Shown: positions 29,407 through 40,574, counted from the first letter of the whole stretch. The stretch: DNA of 60,507 nucleotides, filler included, from a bacterium (GCA_040757115.1; 3 parts of 3 records of this genome joined end to end with filler, not necessarily neighbours in it); one strand, 5' to 3'. The notes: generated by a model not told the origin, from the sequence alone. Made by a program: numbers and translations.

Positions 29407-30288
29407 TCAAGTTGTAATTTTTTGCTCAAATTGCTTAAACTTTTCTCGACACTTTCTCAACGCCAACCTGCGTAGTTTCTTTACACGCTCTTCAAGGTAT
29501 TCAAGTTCACGCTTGGTAATTTTATATGATTTCTTGTATCGTGCACCAATATATGCTTCCTTCAGAAGCTCAAACAGATGTTTTTCTTTGCCTTTTTCCC
29601 GTGGGAAAATCTCGGCGAAATCCGTATCAATTTTTTCCATTCGCTCTGTTAGTTTCTCTAAATCGTGTGTTCTTGGTTTGTAGCTGGTAAGTACGAGAGA
29701 AGCACCAGTGTATAGGTGTTCGGTGGTCTGGTGGAGATGGAAAGCAGCCTCATTATTCCAGCCTTTCTTAAAACTAGATTCATAATACCAAAAAAATTTC
29801 TTCGCCTTCGGAAACCAGATTTTATAATCCTCCTTTGCCAGTGCCCTTTTTATTCCTGGGGTAAGCTTCCTTGCTCGTACCAGTTGGAATCGTCTTGAGT
29901 CATAAAGGAGTATGCCTTCCTTTTTGACATCAGCATAGAAGTATCTGCCAACTGAGAGTTGTTCATTGACATGCTCAATATCTTCCCTAATAAGTTTTAC
30001 TGGTGTATGAATCTTACGTCTGATTTGATTTTCAACTTTATTCCAAATCTTATAATCATCTACTATCTTCTCCTCCTGCACAATCACCATAATGTCAAAG
30101 TCACTTTCATAATTCGTGAAATGTTCCTCTTCAGCATCATATCGAAAATCGCGCTCCACGAAGTCTCCACGAGCATAACTGCCAAACAGAATAATCATCT
30201 CGACTTTTGCTGCTGCACGAATGATTCCAACGATATCTTCGAGTTCCTCTCGTTTATACTCCGGAAGATGGTTTATGCTTGTTTTCAT
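29407..30288 (-). CDS. nucleotidyltransferase (MNT) - HEPN fusion
   Basis: ILFGSYARG, SDFDIMVI; AAFHLHQ, PRTHDL, AYIGARY. Confidence 0.88.
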   Translation of the reverse strand: MKTSINHLPEYKREELEDIVGIIRAAAKVEMIILFGSYARGDFVERDFRYDAEEEHFTNYESDFDIMVIVQEEKIVDDYKIWNKVENQIRRKIHTPVKLIREDIEHVNEQLSVGRYFYADVKKEGILLYDSRRFQLVRARKLTPGIKRALAKEDYKIWFPKAKKFFWYYESSFKKGWNNEAAFHLHQTTEHLYTGASLVLTSYKPRTHDLEKLTERMEKIDTDFAEIFPREKGKEKHLFELLKEAYIGARYKKSYKITKRELEYLEERVKKLRRLALRKCREKFKQFEQKITT

Positions 30289-30343
30289 AATTAATCCTCA
30301 ATAATTCAGTGGTTGTCCGTTACTGGAGTAACCAATCAAGATT

Positions 30344-30369
30344 CGGACAGAGACAAGCCCTGTCCCTAC
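30344..30369 (-). repeat. GTAG-type REP
   Basis: GTAGGGACAGGGCTTGTCTCTGTCCG. Confidence 0.6.
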
Positions 30370-30392
30370 ATATAGCATCCATCATTTTTAAG

Positions 30393-30515
30393 TTTAAAAT
30401 AGAACTCTGAAAGAGCAGTGCCACCAGTTAGATAGAATCTATCTGTGATTTGTTTTTCTTTGTTGCTAAGTTCCAAAAAGTCAAGTTGTTTGGAAGTGAG
30501 TATAGTTTTCCCCAT
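30393..30515 (-). pseudogene. AbiEii-type nucleotidyltransferase toxin, N-terminal stub
   Basis: MGKTILTSKQLDFLEL...FYLTGGTALSEFYF, then truncated. Confidence 0.7.
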
Positions 30516-30709
30516 AGTAAATACTCCAAAAAGCGCCTTTTATAAGGGTCAATATGGGATTTTATCCTCTCCCAGGATTCTATTACTTCTGTCCGATTAA
30601 GTTTTTCCCCATCCAATCCATAATTTATTAATTGAGTTAGCTTCCACAGTCTAAATTCTTCTGGTTTTTCCTTCATAAACTTAGCTTCATCTATCACCCA
30701 GTTATACAT
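30428..30709 (-). CDS. putative antitoxin partner of the AbiEii stub
   Basis: MYNW...LWKLTQLINYGLDGEKL; GGAGG RBS; overlaps the AbiEii start. Confidence 0.65.
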   Translation of the reverse strand: MYNWVIDEAKFMKEKPEEFRLWKLTQLINYGLDGEKLNRTEVIESWERIKSHIDPYKRRFLEYLLWGKLYSLPNNLTFWNLATKKNKSQIDSI

Positions 30710-30742
30710 AGTTTTATTCCTCCAGAATGCCTAAGAGATGCT

Positions 30743-30920
30743 CTAATGCTTTAGTTCTAATACTCTTTGATAAACCTCATCTCCAATATAAAATTTCTTC
30801 TTACGGAGTTCATCTATATAAACCTTAAGGTCTTTTTCTATTAATCCCAATTCTTTACCATAAGCAAGTACGCCTACTTCTCCTATTACTTCTAATCCTA
30901 ATTGTATAGCCTTAGTTCTC
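30743..30920 (-). pseudogene. DUF3368/PIN C-terminal fragment
   Basis: AIQLGLEVIGEVGVL...GLI...ELRKKKFYI. Confidence 0.6.
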
Positions 30921-30959
30921 AATTCGAGGTCTGACCCCCAATCCCCCTTTTGCCTTTCC

Positions 30960-31178
30960 TTCGTCCTGTACAATCACCATAATGTCAAAGTCACTTTCAT
31001 AATTCGTGAAATGTTCCTCTTCAGCATTATATCGAAAATCGCGCTCCACGAAGTCTCCACGGGCATAACTGCCAAACAGAATAATCATCTCGACTTTTGC
31101 TGCTACACGAATGATTCCAACGATATCTTCGAGTTCCTCTCGTTTATACTCCGGAAGATGGTTTATGCTTGCTTTCAT
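30960..31178 (-). pseudogene. truncated duplicate of the MNT-HEPN gene
   Basis: First ~72 codons near-identical to 30288 onward, then joined to a GGGGTCAGACCTCGAAT repeat. Confidence 0.85.
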
Positions 31179-31183
31179 AATTA

Positions 31184-31396
31184 TAGCAGTTATTATTCAA
31201 AATTTTACTTAGAAATGCCGATAAGTATAGTAAGTATTAACCAAAACTTCACATTAGTATTGTTGATGGTTGATAGTTGATAGTCTATGAAACTATAAAC
31301 TATCAACTATCAACCATCAACCCTGTTGCTATATCTGTTCTATGAGAAATTTTCGTTAATAACTACTATATGTCAAATTTTGATTAATAAGTGCTA
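31184..31396. mobile_element. TA-duplicating MITE with a nested second TA-MITE (31228-31368)
   Basis: TAGCAGTTATT...AATAAGTGCTA; the empty site CATAATTAATCCTCAATAATTCAGT is visible at 30286-30310; inner element has GTTGATA/TATCAAC arms. Confidence 0.85.
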
Positions 31397-31477
31397 TAAT
31401 CCTCAATAATTCAGTTAATAACTTCATGTCAATATTTTCACCAAAAACTCTAACAACTTCAACTCTCCACTTTTTTC

Positions 31478-31780
31478 TCATCTTACCTTCCCTTCAATTT
31501 CTTCATTAGTTAAATTAATTATTGGAATACCTTCTTCTTCTAATATTTTTTGAGTTTCCCAGTAGTTCAAACCAAGTAATTCTGCTGTCTCTCTTAAAGT
31601 TATCTTCCTATTCTTGTAAGCAGTAATAACTTCTTGCTTCATTATAGACCCTAATCCCATTGCTATCAATTGTCGTATAGCTGTTGAGACATCCTCATAG
31701 TGTCTTTTTGCGTAATAATTAACTTTCTGTAACAGGTCATCATTTAAAACTGTTCTTACTTCTATCATCTTTTGTTCCAT
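31478..31780 (-). CDS. UPF0175-family antitoxin
   Basis: STAIRQLI...ITLRETAELLGL...GIP. Confidence 0.75.
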   Translation of the reverse strand: MEQKMIEVRTVLNDDLLQKVNYYAKRHYEDVSTAIRQLIAMGLGSIMKQEVITAYKNRKITLRETAELLGLNYWETQKILEEEGIPIINLTNEEIEGKVR

Positions 31781-32284
31781 TTATCCTTCCTCCATTATTA
31801 AAGATTTATACTTCTCTAAGTTACTCTTAGAAAGCCTCTTATAATAATATAAGTTTTGTAGGTAGGTAACATATTCATCTCTACTCAAAATCTCCTTTTT
31901 TACTCTCTCAAATAAGAACTCAGGAGAATTCATTACTCTGAATCCTTCAAGTTTTGCTTTTCTATATAATTCAGTATCGTCAACAAATACATAATGAGCA
32001 TTTTTATCTTTAGCTAATAAAACTACTTGAGTATCAACTTTTGCAATATTATGAAATTCTTTTTCACTTTCTTTCTTAATTATCTTTTGATCAAACACTC
32101 TTTTAATAATTATAGCATCAGAATAACCAGAGATAATACCATCCTCTACACATTCTCTATAAACTCCTTCTGGACAGATTATCTTTCCTTCTATTTCCGT
32201 TAGCCACTCAATTACTCCAATTTTTGATAAAGATATCAACATTGAAGTATCAATAACTATTTTCTTCATTAAGTCACCTTTCAA
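31781..32284 (-). CDS. PIN/DUF3368-type toxin
   Basis: IVIDTSMLISL, PEGVYRE, FVDD. Confidence 0.7.
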   Translation of the reverse strand: MKGDLMKKIVIDTSMLISLSKIGVIEWLTEIEGKIICPEGVYRECVEDGIISGYSDAIIIKRVFDQKIIKKESEKEFHNIAKVDTQVVLLAKDKNAHYVFVDDTELYRKAKLEGFRVMNSPEFLFERVKKEILSRDEYVTYLQNLYYYKRLSKSNLEKYKSLIMEEG

Positions 32285-32473
32285 TTATACTCCTGCTAAT
32301 GCACAGGATGGAGTAATAACTTCTACTTTAGTATCTACTAATAGCCCAAGAAATATACTTACTATAAAACTGACAAAGTAACAAGGTAATAAATTGACAA
32401 ATGTAACAAGTTAGCCTTATATTATATTACCATAAGTGGGAAGAACTGTCAATTAAAAACAGAAAATGGCAAA

Positions 32474-34072
32474 TTATTTAATTATTACTAATCTCTTCAC
32501 AATGGTCTTAGTAGTCCCATCAACAAAATCTACCTTAAAGATATAGACATAAAGGCCACTGGCAATATCTAACATATTCCATTCAAGTTCACTATATCTT
32601 CCCTCATCCCCCTTTCCTTTTAGAGTTGTTACCCAATCATAGCTAATATCGTAGATGTCTATGGTTATATCTGCATCCTTTGGTAGATGGTATCTAAAAG
32701 TAACTTTATCAACATTTTTAGCCGGATTAGGGTAGCTATAAACAATTATGTCTGAAGTTGGGGTATAAATTTCCTTTGTGGCTTTTAATAGATACAATTT
32801 ATCAGATAAAACTAAAATATCATTAACTCCGTCTTTATCTACCTCTGAGGTGATTAAATGGGCTATTTTATTATTCGGTAGAGTATAATTCCATAGTTTA
32901 TTAAGTTCATCATCTAAAACAATAATCTGGCCATCCTGAGTATAAGTAATTATCTCTAAGTGTCCATCACCACTAAGATCATTAATACAGCCGGTTGCAA
33001 TTCCTGTGGTATGGTTAAATTGAGCAAGTGGATTAAGGTTACAATCAAGCATCATAACCTTACCAATATTACTGCCGACAACTATTTCCTTTTTACCATC
33101 ATAATTAAAATCTGCCACAGCCATTCCTTTTAATCCATAAGTTGTCAGGAATTGATGGATAATGTCACCATTTGCAGGATTAAGGATATACACTCCACCC
33201 CAATCATTATTATCATTTAAAATCCAAACGATGATTTCTTCCTCACCATTTCCATCCATATCAGCAATAGCTACATTCGTGCTAGTAGATACAGAACCAA
33301 TTTTTTTAACCCATTTCTCATTACATGAGTCATCCAGACAAATTACATAACTATACCAATCACTTGTGCCATTATAGGTGCCAGGCTCAAGGCTAATTTT
33401 AGAGGCATAGGATTGAATGGCAACAAAAGAGTCATTAAGAGCACCAATTTCAGCGTCTGCACCTAAGGAGTATGTCCCTATTTCTTTAATTTTTTCAGTG
33501 ATGATACCATCTACATACTTTATTCTGGACATAACTACCTTACGGATGGTGACACTACCTACCTCACCTACCTTCCCAAGTTGGGTAATAATGGTATTGG
33601 GGCCTAATAAAGATATATTCTTTATCTCATTGCCAAAGTCAAATAATGAATAGACCTGCTTGTTCTTACAATCAATAATCCCAAGTACACCTTTTTTATT
33701 AGCAAATATAATTTCTAATGAGCCATTATTATCCAAATCTATCAGACAGATACTGGTCAGCGTCCCCCCTAAATCAGAAGAAAATAACTCATCTCCATTA
33801 GCCCCACAGACTATAACCCTATTTACAACTGGAGTGATAATTTCTAACTCTCCATCACCATTGACATCACCTGTTAGAACCAATTGGTTAGCTTGTTTAG
33901 TCCAGTCGACTTCAAAAGGCAATTTGGGATGAATCTTTTTAGTAGAGGCAAATGGATAATAAAAGGTACTTGCGGGACTATATCCATTAAACTTCCAGCC
34001 TATTGTTTCAGTTGCTGATACTTTGTTAGTCCAACTGATAAGACACATTAAAATGACAAAAAGTATTCTCAT
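32474..34072 (-). CDS. secreted FG-GAP/VCBS propeller protein with C-terminal YPNP (T9SS/FlgD-like) sorting domain
   Basis: Signal peptide from ATG 34072; GDVNGDGELEII-type repeats; YSYPNP...ASGLYVY...KRLVIIK. Confidence 0.8.
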   Translation of the reverse strand: MRILFVILMCLISWTNKVSATETIGWKFNGYSPASTFYYPFASTKKIHPKLPFEVDWTKQANQLVLTGDVNGDGELEIITPVVNRVIVCGANGDELFSSDLGGTLTSICLIDLDNNGSLEIIFANKKGVLGIIDCKNKQVYSLFDFGNEIKNISLLGPNTIITQLGKVGEVGSVTIRKVVMSRIKYVDGIITEKIKEIGTYSLGADAEIGALNDSFVAIQSYASKISLEPGTYNGTSDWYSYVICLDDSCNEKWVKKIGSVSTSTNVAIADMDGNGEEEIIVWILNDNNDWGGVYILNPANGDIIHQFLTTYGLKGMAVADFNYDGKKEIVVGSNIGKVMMLDCNLNPLAQFNHTTGIATGCINDLSGDGHLEIITYTQDGQIIVLDDELNKLWNYTLPNNKIAHLITSEVDKDGVNDILVLSDKLYLLKATKEIYTPTSDIIVYSYPNPAKNVDKVTFRYHLPKDADITIDIYDISYDWVTTLKGKGDEGRYSELEWNMLDIASGLYVYIFKVDFVDGTTKTIVKRLVIIK

Positions 34073-34124
34073 CTTATTTTTCCTTCGTGTTCTTCGTGCT
34101 CTTCGTGGTGAATAGTTACAATAA

Positions 34125-34490
34125 TTACAGTAATTCATTTATTTTTGATAATAATTCTGCATCATCAAAAGGCTTGGTAATATAGGCATCTGCCCCTACT
34201 TTTTCACCCCATTCCTTATCACTCTTTTGTCCCTTAGCCGTTAACATGATAATAAGAATGTGTTTGTATTGGTCATCTGATTTTAGAATCTGGCAGACCT
34301 GGTAGCCACTTTTTTTAGGCATCATCACATCAAGAACAATCAAATCAGGATTCTCTCCCTGTGCCTTATCCAATCCCTCTACGCCATCGGACGCAGTAAT
34401 GACATCATAACCTACATTTTCTAATCTAATCTTCAATGCCATGACTAAGTAAGGTTCATCATCTATTACCAATATCTTTCTTTTAGACAT
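34125..34490 (-). CDS. single-domain response regulator
   Basis: ILVIDDE, LDVMMP, MLTAKG, YITKPF. Confidence 0.9.
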   Translation of the reverse strand: MSKRKILVIDDEPYLVMALKIRLENVGYDVITASDGVEGLDKAQGENPDLIVLDVMMPKKSGYQVCQILKSDDQYKHILIIMLTAKGQKSDKEWGEKVGADAYITKPFDDAELLSKINELL

Positions 34491-34854
34491 CTTTTAACAC
34501 CTCTTTTATCGTCTTAATCAATTCTTCTGATTCAAATGGCTTGGTGATGTAACCATCAGCCTTTAGCACTTGAATCCCTATTAACCTATTACTCAATTCT
34601 GTCCGGGCAGTAAGAAAGATAACTTTAATCGCCTTAAGGGAGGCATCTTCTTTAATCTTTCGGCAGACTTCCCAGCCATTCATCTTTGGTAACCAGGCAT
34701 CCAAAAGGACTAAATCAGGTGTTTCTTTATATACCTTATCCAATGCCTCTAAGCCATTAAATGCCGTAATTACTTTATAATTATTTACTTCTAATCTAAT
34801 TTTAACTGCCTCTACAAGTTGTGGGTCATCATCAACCACTAATATTTTGAACAT
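34483..34854 (-). CDS. single-domain response regulator
   Basis: ILVVDDD, LDAWLP, FLTAR, YITKPF. Confidence 0.88.
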   Translation of the reverse strand: MFKILVVDDDPQLVEAVKIRLEVNNYKVITAFNGLEALDKVYKETPDLVLLDAWLPKMNGWEVCRKIKEDASLKAIKVIFLTARTELSNRLIGIQVLKADGYITKPFESEELIKTIKEVLKDV

Positions 34855-36603
34855 AGTGTTTTTTACTCCCCTTTGTTTCTTCTTCTGCCTTACTAAGTAA
34901 TTCATCCTGGGTCGTGGCATCATCAGGATAAGTGGCTGTCCCTAATCTTATTATTACCTCTATTGCTCTACCTTCTTGAGTTAAAAATTTATATGAGACC
35001 AGAGCATTTAATACCCTATCTCTCAAGGAAAAGGCATCTTTTCTGTTTATCTCCGAAAGAATAGCAATCGATTTATTCTTTTTAATCCCTGTCACAACAT
35101 CACTTTCTCTTCGAACTATCTCCTTGCATACCTTTTCTACCTCATAAAGCATTTTATCGGCAATACCTTCTTCCAAATTATCTATTTTAACTATAAGCAA
35201 GGACAAAAACAACCGATTTTGCAAGGCAAAGGAGAATTTCCTCTTTAAAACATCTTTAAAATATATATCTTCTTCATATTCAGGTAAAGAGAAGGTGAAA
35301 TTACTTCCTTTTTCCAGTTCGCTTTCTACCCTGATTTTACCATGATGTATTTCAACAATTGCTTTAGAAATACTCAATCCTAAACCTGTCCCTCGAACTT
35401 TTTGGTTAGTAGGAAGTTCAAGCCGGTGGAATTTATCGAATATCAAAGGAAAATCCTCTTTGGCTATACCTATTCCAGTATCGATGATACTAATCTCGAC
35501 CTGGTTATTTACTTTTTTACCTTTGATAGTTACCGTGCCAGATTCTTTAGTAAATTTAATTGCATTATCTATAAGATTTGTCAATACTTGTGAGATTTTA
35601 TCTACATCAGCATAGACAGTTGGTAAATCCTGAGGCAATAAGTTTTTTATGGAAATATCTTTTTCTGCCGCCTGAGTCTGAAATAATTTAATTATATCTT
35701 CGGCGACACTATTTATATTCATCTCTTGACAATTTAACTCCATTCTACCAGATTCTATCCGTGTTATATCCAACATATTGTTAATCAATCGAGTTAAACG
35801 ATTGATATTCTCATTAATAATAGTCAGAAACTCAGTTTGTGTTTTATTGATTTTACCTGGAATCTCATCTAAGATAAGTGATACAAATTCTTTCATTGTC
35901 GTCAGTGGGCTTCGAATTTCATGGGAAACAATCGAGACAAACTCTGATTTCATTTGATTCAATTCTGCAAGTTCTTAATTAGCCTTCTCCAATCTTTTGG
36001 ATTTGAGGGTTGATTCCATTAATTCTTCGGTCCTCTGATGAATAATATCTGCCAGATGTCCAGCGATAATTGCAATCCAGAAGAAAAATACTACTCGCAC
36101 AATCACCGATGTTATTAAATATTCTACATTCTCATGCAAAAGAATTTTAAATTCTGAAAGAGGTGCTGATGGTAAAATTTCGAAGAACTCAAAACTAATA
36201 ATAGTCGTATATAAAATACTGCTTAGAGCGGCAAAGAGAATACTTGCCCGTAATGAGAGCAGGGCACGGGCGGCGATAATGATAATAAAATAAATGAATA
36301 TATCAAACTTCCTAACCCACCAGTAAAATGGACACCTAAAGTAATAAAGAATAAATCTACGATTAATTGAAAATAGGCAATAAATCGTAGACATTTTCTT
36401 AACCGAATCATGATGAGATAGAATATATTAAGGACATACTCAATAAAAGGTAAAATTTCAGGAAAACCAATTTTTATCTCACCTTGCTGGCTGGCTAAAA
36501 TACATATAAGATATGGAAAAGTAGCGGCTATCCATCTTATATTTATCAACCATTTTATCCGTTTAGCCAATTCCTCTTTTTCTACCAGATCAATTTTTTC
36601 CAT
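34832..36603 (-). pseudogene. membrane histidine kinase with degenerate GGDEF domain, disrupted
   Basis: Paralog of 57155-58924; frameshift near 36308 (GGLGS|FDIF) and AAA>TAA nonsense at 35975-77. Confidence 0.85.
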
Positions 36604-36707
36604 AAGTAACTAAATTATATTACTTATTTCTAACTTTGTCAATAATTTTCTACTACTAAATAATTTTTCTTTACAATTTTCCCTGAATATGATATTATAA
36701 AAATATA

Positions 36708-36959
36708 ATGGGTAATGAAGACCTATCGTCAGGAAAATCTGATTTGCTCTCCGAGATGTGGCATGAGGTAAGAAATCCTTTAACCACAATCAAGGCATTT
36801 ACTCAACTGTTATTATCTGCCCCTGATGGAGAAATTAAATCACGAGTAGAATATTTAAAGATAATTAATAGTGAAATTGATAGATTAACGGGATTGATTG
36901 ATGAACTGTCAGATACGGCAAAACTGACTAAGGAATCCCAAACTTGTTTGGGGAAATAG
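36708..36959 (+). CDS. HisKA-only protein or truncated kinase
   Basis: HEVRNPLTTIKAFTQLLLS...EIDRL, homologous to the N-terminus of 47461-48222; no HATPase domain. Confidence 0.7.
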   Translation: MGNEDLSSGKSDLLSEMWHEVRNPLTTIKAFTQLLLSAPDGEIKSRVEYLKIINSEIDRLTGLIDELSDTAKLTKESQTCLGK

Positions 36960-36996
36960 GATATCCTATAATTTTATACGAGGAGATGAAGGTAAA

Positions 36997-37356
36997 ATGA
37001 AAAAAATATTAATTGGAGAGGACAATAAGCTCATCAGGGTGGCATTGATACAGACCCTTAAGCGTGAAGACTTCGAATTTTTAGAGGTAGAAGACGGTAA
37101 GCAGGTATTACAAAAGTTTGAAGAATATCAACCTGATTTGCTTATCCTGGATATAAAAATGCCCGAGATAGATGGAATAGAAGTGTTAAAGAAGATACGA
37201 GCGGTAAATCAACAATTACCAATAATGATAATTACTGCCTACAAAGGTTTAGAAAAAGACCCGGAGATAGTCTTAGGTAACATCTCTGCATTTTTAATCA
37301 AACCAATTGATATTGAGGTATTAAAGGCAAAAGTAATGGAGATATTAGTCCAGTAA
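36997..37356 (+). CDS. single-domain response regulator
   Basis: ILIGED, LDIKMP, ITAY, KPID. Confidence 0.88.
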   Translation: MKKILIGEDNKLIRVALIQTLKREDFEFLEVEDGKQVLQKFEEYQPDLLILDIKMPEIDGIEVLKKIRAVNQQLPIMIITAYKGLEKDPEIVLGNISAFLIKPIDIEVLKAKVMEILVQ

Positions 37357-37517
37357 CGCTGATGAACAAATCTATCGTACCTGTTTAGCGTGGTCAGAGA
37401 GCACAAATGAATGGTATTGACTTAGTGCGAAACCGCTTCAAACACAACAAGTGGTGTAACACAAAATCAAAAATTAAATATTAAAATGCAAAATGACCTA
37501 TCAAATATCAAAAATCG

Positions 37518-37813
37518 GTAACCGTTCACCGCACAGACACAGAGACGCAGAGAAAAACACACCCCTAACCCCTCTCAAGAGGGGAAAATCTATGGACGAG
37601 ACGCTTAACATCCCTGATTTTCATCAGGGCAATCTCTTGAGTACAACAACATTAAAATTGATTAACAAATCTGGCTTGCCTCCTGAACATTCGGTAAGCA
37701 GGTCATAAGTATTTCCATATCTGCATCAATGAATTTTTTATGTGTTCTAATTTATTTCTATGTCTTCTCTGTTCCTCTGCGTCTCTGTGGTAAATTACCA
37801 CCTGAACGGTTAC
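37518..37813. mobile_element. IS66-end-like MITE (family C) with GxxExxY remnant
   Basis: Close copy of 21946-22239; flanks are not duplicated. Confidence 0.85.
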
Positions 37814-37942
37814 CGAATTTCCAATTTTAACTTCATTTTCTAACCGCAAGATTTCAAACAAAAGTGAACCGTCCCGAAAATCCGTGAATCGTGTCCCGTA
37901 TCCGTATCCGTAGTTAGGCTGACGGTTTTTCCTCCTGTTGTC

Positions 37943-38096
37943 CTCTGCCTTCTGCCCTCTGCCCTCTGCCTTCTGCCCTCTGCCTTCTGCCTTCTGCCTT
38001 CTGCCCTCTGCCCTCTGCCTTCTGCCCTCTGCCTTCTGCCTTCTGCCTTCTGCCCTCTGCCTTCTGCCCTCTGCCTTCTGCCTTCTGCCCTCTGCT
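37943..38096. repeat. heptamer tandem repeat (YTCTGCC) x ~22
   Basis: Read directly; the same unit occurs inside family B MITEs. Confidence 0.9.
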
Positions 38097-38105
38097 TTTC
38101 CTTTC

Positions 38106-40517
38106 CTATAACATTCCAATCGGGTCAACATCTACATTTATCTTCAAATACCCCGGTATAGTTATTTGGTCTAATGCTGATTTCACTAATTCCCGAAGGG
38201 GTTTAGGATTACCTTTAAGAAGTATTTGCCAGCGATATTCTTCCTTTATCTTAGTTAAAGGGCAAGGGGCTGGACCTAAAATAATCACCGTTTTATCCTG
38301 GTTATTACTTCGGAGAATACTACCGAGCGTCTGGGCTAATTTAATCGTTTCCTCACCATTTTTACCTTTGATGATAATATTAAGTAAATGGGTAAAAGGT
38401 GGGTAATTAAGTTCTTTTCTAAATGTAATCTCTTGAGAATAAAAGGTGGCATAGTCCTGTATCTTAGCCGACTGAATAGTAGAATGTTCAGGATTATAGG
38501 TTTGAATAATAACTAATCCGGGATTTTGCCCTCTTCCGGCGCGACCAGCAACTTGCGTCAGTAATCCAAATGTCCGTTCTGCGGCACGAAAATCAGGCAG
38601 ATTTAACCCCACATCTGCTGAAACTACCCCAACTAAGGTTACATTGGGAAAATCTAATCCCTTAGCAATCATTTGTGTGCCAACTAAAATATCTATTCCG
38701 CCTGATTTAAAAGAAGAAAGAATATTATCATGAGCCATTTTAGGTGTAGTTGTATCTAAATCCATTCTTGAAATTCTTGAATGTGGGAATAATTTTTGTA
38801 ATTCATCCTCAACCTTCTGCGTTCCTGTGCCAGAATACCGAATTTGTGTCCCCTGACACTTAGGGCAGAATGCGGGTGCTATTTTTTGAAAATTACAATA
38901 ATGGCATTTGAGCATTTTGTCTGCAAAATGATAGGTTAAAGTAATCTCACAATGCGGACATCTCATCGTCATCCCACAATCACGACATTGAATAAAGGTG
39001 GCAAATCCTCGCCGATTTAAGAAAATAATGACTTGCTGTTGTTTGTTTAGTCTGTCCAATATTGCCTCTTTTAATTTTAGGCTAAAAATACTCCGATTAC
39101 CCATTTTGAGCTCTTCTTTCATATCGATTATTTCTACCTCTGCTAAAGGTCTATGGTCAATTCGAGATGGGAGATGGAGATAGTAAAATTTACCAATGGA
39201 TGTGTTGTAATATGCCTCTACGGATGGGGTGGCAGAACCTAAAATTACCACAGCATCAGTAAACTTTGCTCGCATAATCGCTACATCTCGAGCATGGTAG
39301 CGTGGGACAGAATCATATTGTTTATAAGTAGTTTCGTGTTCTTCATCAATAACAATCAGACCTAAATTTTTCATAGGGGCAAAGATAGCCGAACGAGCAC
39401 CAATAACGATTTCTGCTCCACCTTCCTGTATCCTTCGCCATTGGTCATAGCGTTCGCCTGGAGATAATTTACTGTGTAAAATGGCTACTTTTCCGCCAAA
39501 GCGGGCTTTAAATCGCTCAACTGTCTGCGGAGTAAGTGATATTTCTGGCACTAAAACAATCACCCCTTTTCCTATCTTCAAAACCTCATCTATGGCTTGA
39601 AGATAAACCTCTGTTTTACCACTCCCGGTTATGCCATGCAATAAAAATACCTTAAACTCACCTTTTTTAATATATTCTTTGATAGCATTTAAACTCTCAG
39701 TTTGCTCTTTGGTCAATCTTAGAGGGTAAGAAGGTTTAAAATATCTATCTTTGTAAGGTTCCCTATCTATTTGCTTTGAACAAACCATAAGAAAATTTTT
39801 ATTTATAAGATTATTAATCGGGGTGAGGCTTGTTTGTGCTTTTTGGGCTAATTTATCTGGCTCAAGAGCCCCATTTTGATGCAGGATTTCAATAATCGAA
39901 CGCTGTCTTTGAGTCAGTGTTTGCGCCAATATTCTTTCCTTAGGCAGGGCTAATTTGATTACCTTTATCTCTTTGGGTTTTAAAGCAGGCTTTTTAACAC
40001 GCTCGATCTCTATCAACTCTTTCTGGATAAGACTGTTTATCGCTGAATAAATAGGTCTTTTCTTTAAAATGTTTAATAACTTAGCTAAACTTATCTCTTT
40101 TTCTTTTTTTATTAACTCCAGAATCTTAAATTGTAGAGGTGCCTTTTTATCCAGACCCGGCATATCTTTCAGGTATTTAATTCTGGTTTTTGTGTTGATA
40201 TTAATACCCGGTGGTAGAGTCGATTCAATTACCTCGCCCCAGGAGCAAAGGTAGTATGTGGCTATCCATTGGGTTAGTTTTAACATCTCATCAGATAGAA
40301 CAGGCGTGCTATCCAGAACATCTAAAATATCTTTTATTTCATAGTCAGCACAGATAGGACTGGTAAGGACATTAACGATATATCCAGTCAGGTGGCGCCG
40401 ATGGCCAAAAGGAACTAAGACCCGTTTCCCAATGGCTATATCTTTTTCTAATTCCTTTGGAACCGCATAGGTAAAAGTTTTATCAATAGATAAACCCGAA
40501 ACTATTTCGATGAACAT
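38106..40517 (-). CDS. priA: primosomal protein N'
   Basis: [67 protein letters not shown]. Confidence 0.97.
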   Translation of the reverse strand: MFIEIVSGLSIDKTFTYAVPKELEKDIAIGKRVLVPFGHRRHLTGYIVNVLTSPICADYEIKDILDVLDSTPVLSDEMLKLTQWIATYYLCSWGEVIESTLPPGININTKTRIKYLKDMPGLDKKAPLQFKILELIKKEKEISLAKLLNILKKRPIYSAINSLIQKELIEIERVKKPALKPKEIKVIKLALPKERILAQTLTQRQRSIIEILHQNGALEPDKLAQKAQTSLTPINNLINKNFLMVCSKQIDREPYKDRYFKPSYPLRLTKEQTESLNAIKEYIKKGEFKVFLLHGITGSGKTEVYLQAIDEVLKIGKGVIVLVPEISLTPQTVERFKARFGGKVAILHSKLSPGERYDQWRRIQEGGAEIVIGARSAIFAPMKNLGLIVIDEEHETTYKQYDSVPRYHARDVAIMRAKFTDAVVILGSATPSVEAYYNTSIGKFYYLHLPSRIDHRPLAEVEIIDMKEELKMGNRSIFSLKLKEAILDRLNKQQQVIIFLNRRGFATFIQCRDCGMTMRCPHCEITLTYHFADKMLKCHYCNFQKIAPAFCPKCQGTQIRYSGTGTQKVEDELQKLFPHSRISRMDLDTTTPKMAHDNILSSFKSGGIDILVGTQMIAKGLDFPNVTLVGVVSADVGLNLPDFRAAERTFGLLTQVAGRAGRGQNPGLVIIQTYNPEHSTIQSAKIQDYATFYSQEITFRKELNYPPFTHLLNIIIKGKNGEETIKLAQTLGSILRSNNQDKTVIILGPAPCPLTKIKEEYRWQILLKGNPKPLRELVKSALDQITIPGYLKINVDVDPIGML

Positions 40518-40574
40518 ATTGCTCCTGAAAAATGGTTTTCTCCCCGCAGAGTCGCAGAGCTCTGTGGTGAACGA

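Noticed and set aside
34073-34138. N-terminal MNYCNYCNYSPRRARRTRR extension
   Set aside because: Translation of a MITE end; the signal peptide begins at 34072
37943-38096. Possible CRISPR array (also 20013-20060 and 20511-20581)
   Set aside because: Tandem units without unique spacers of regular length; no cas genes in the window
37703-38131. 142-aa ORF with AEGRRQK repeats
   Set aside because: Translation of a heptamer tandem repeat and MITE sequence, not a credible protein
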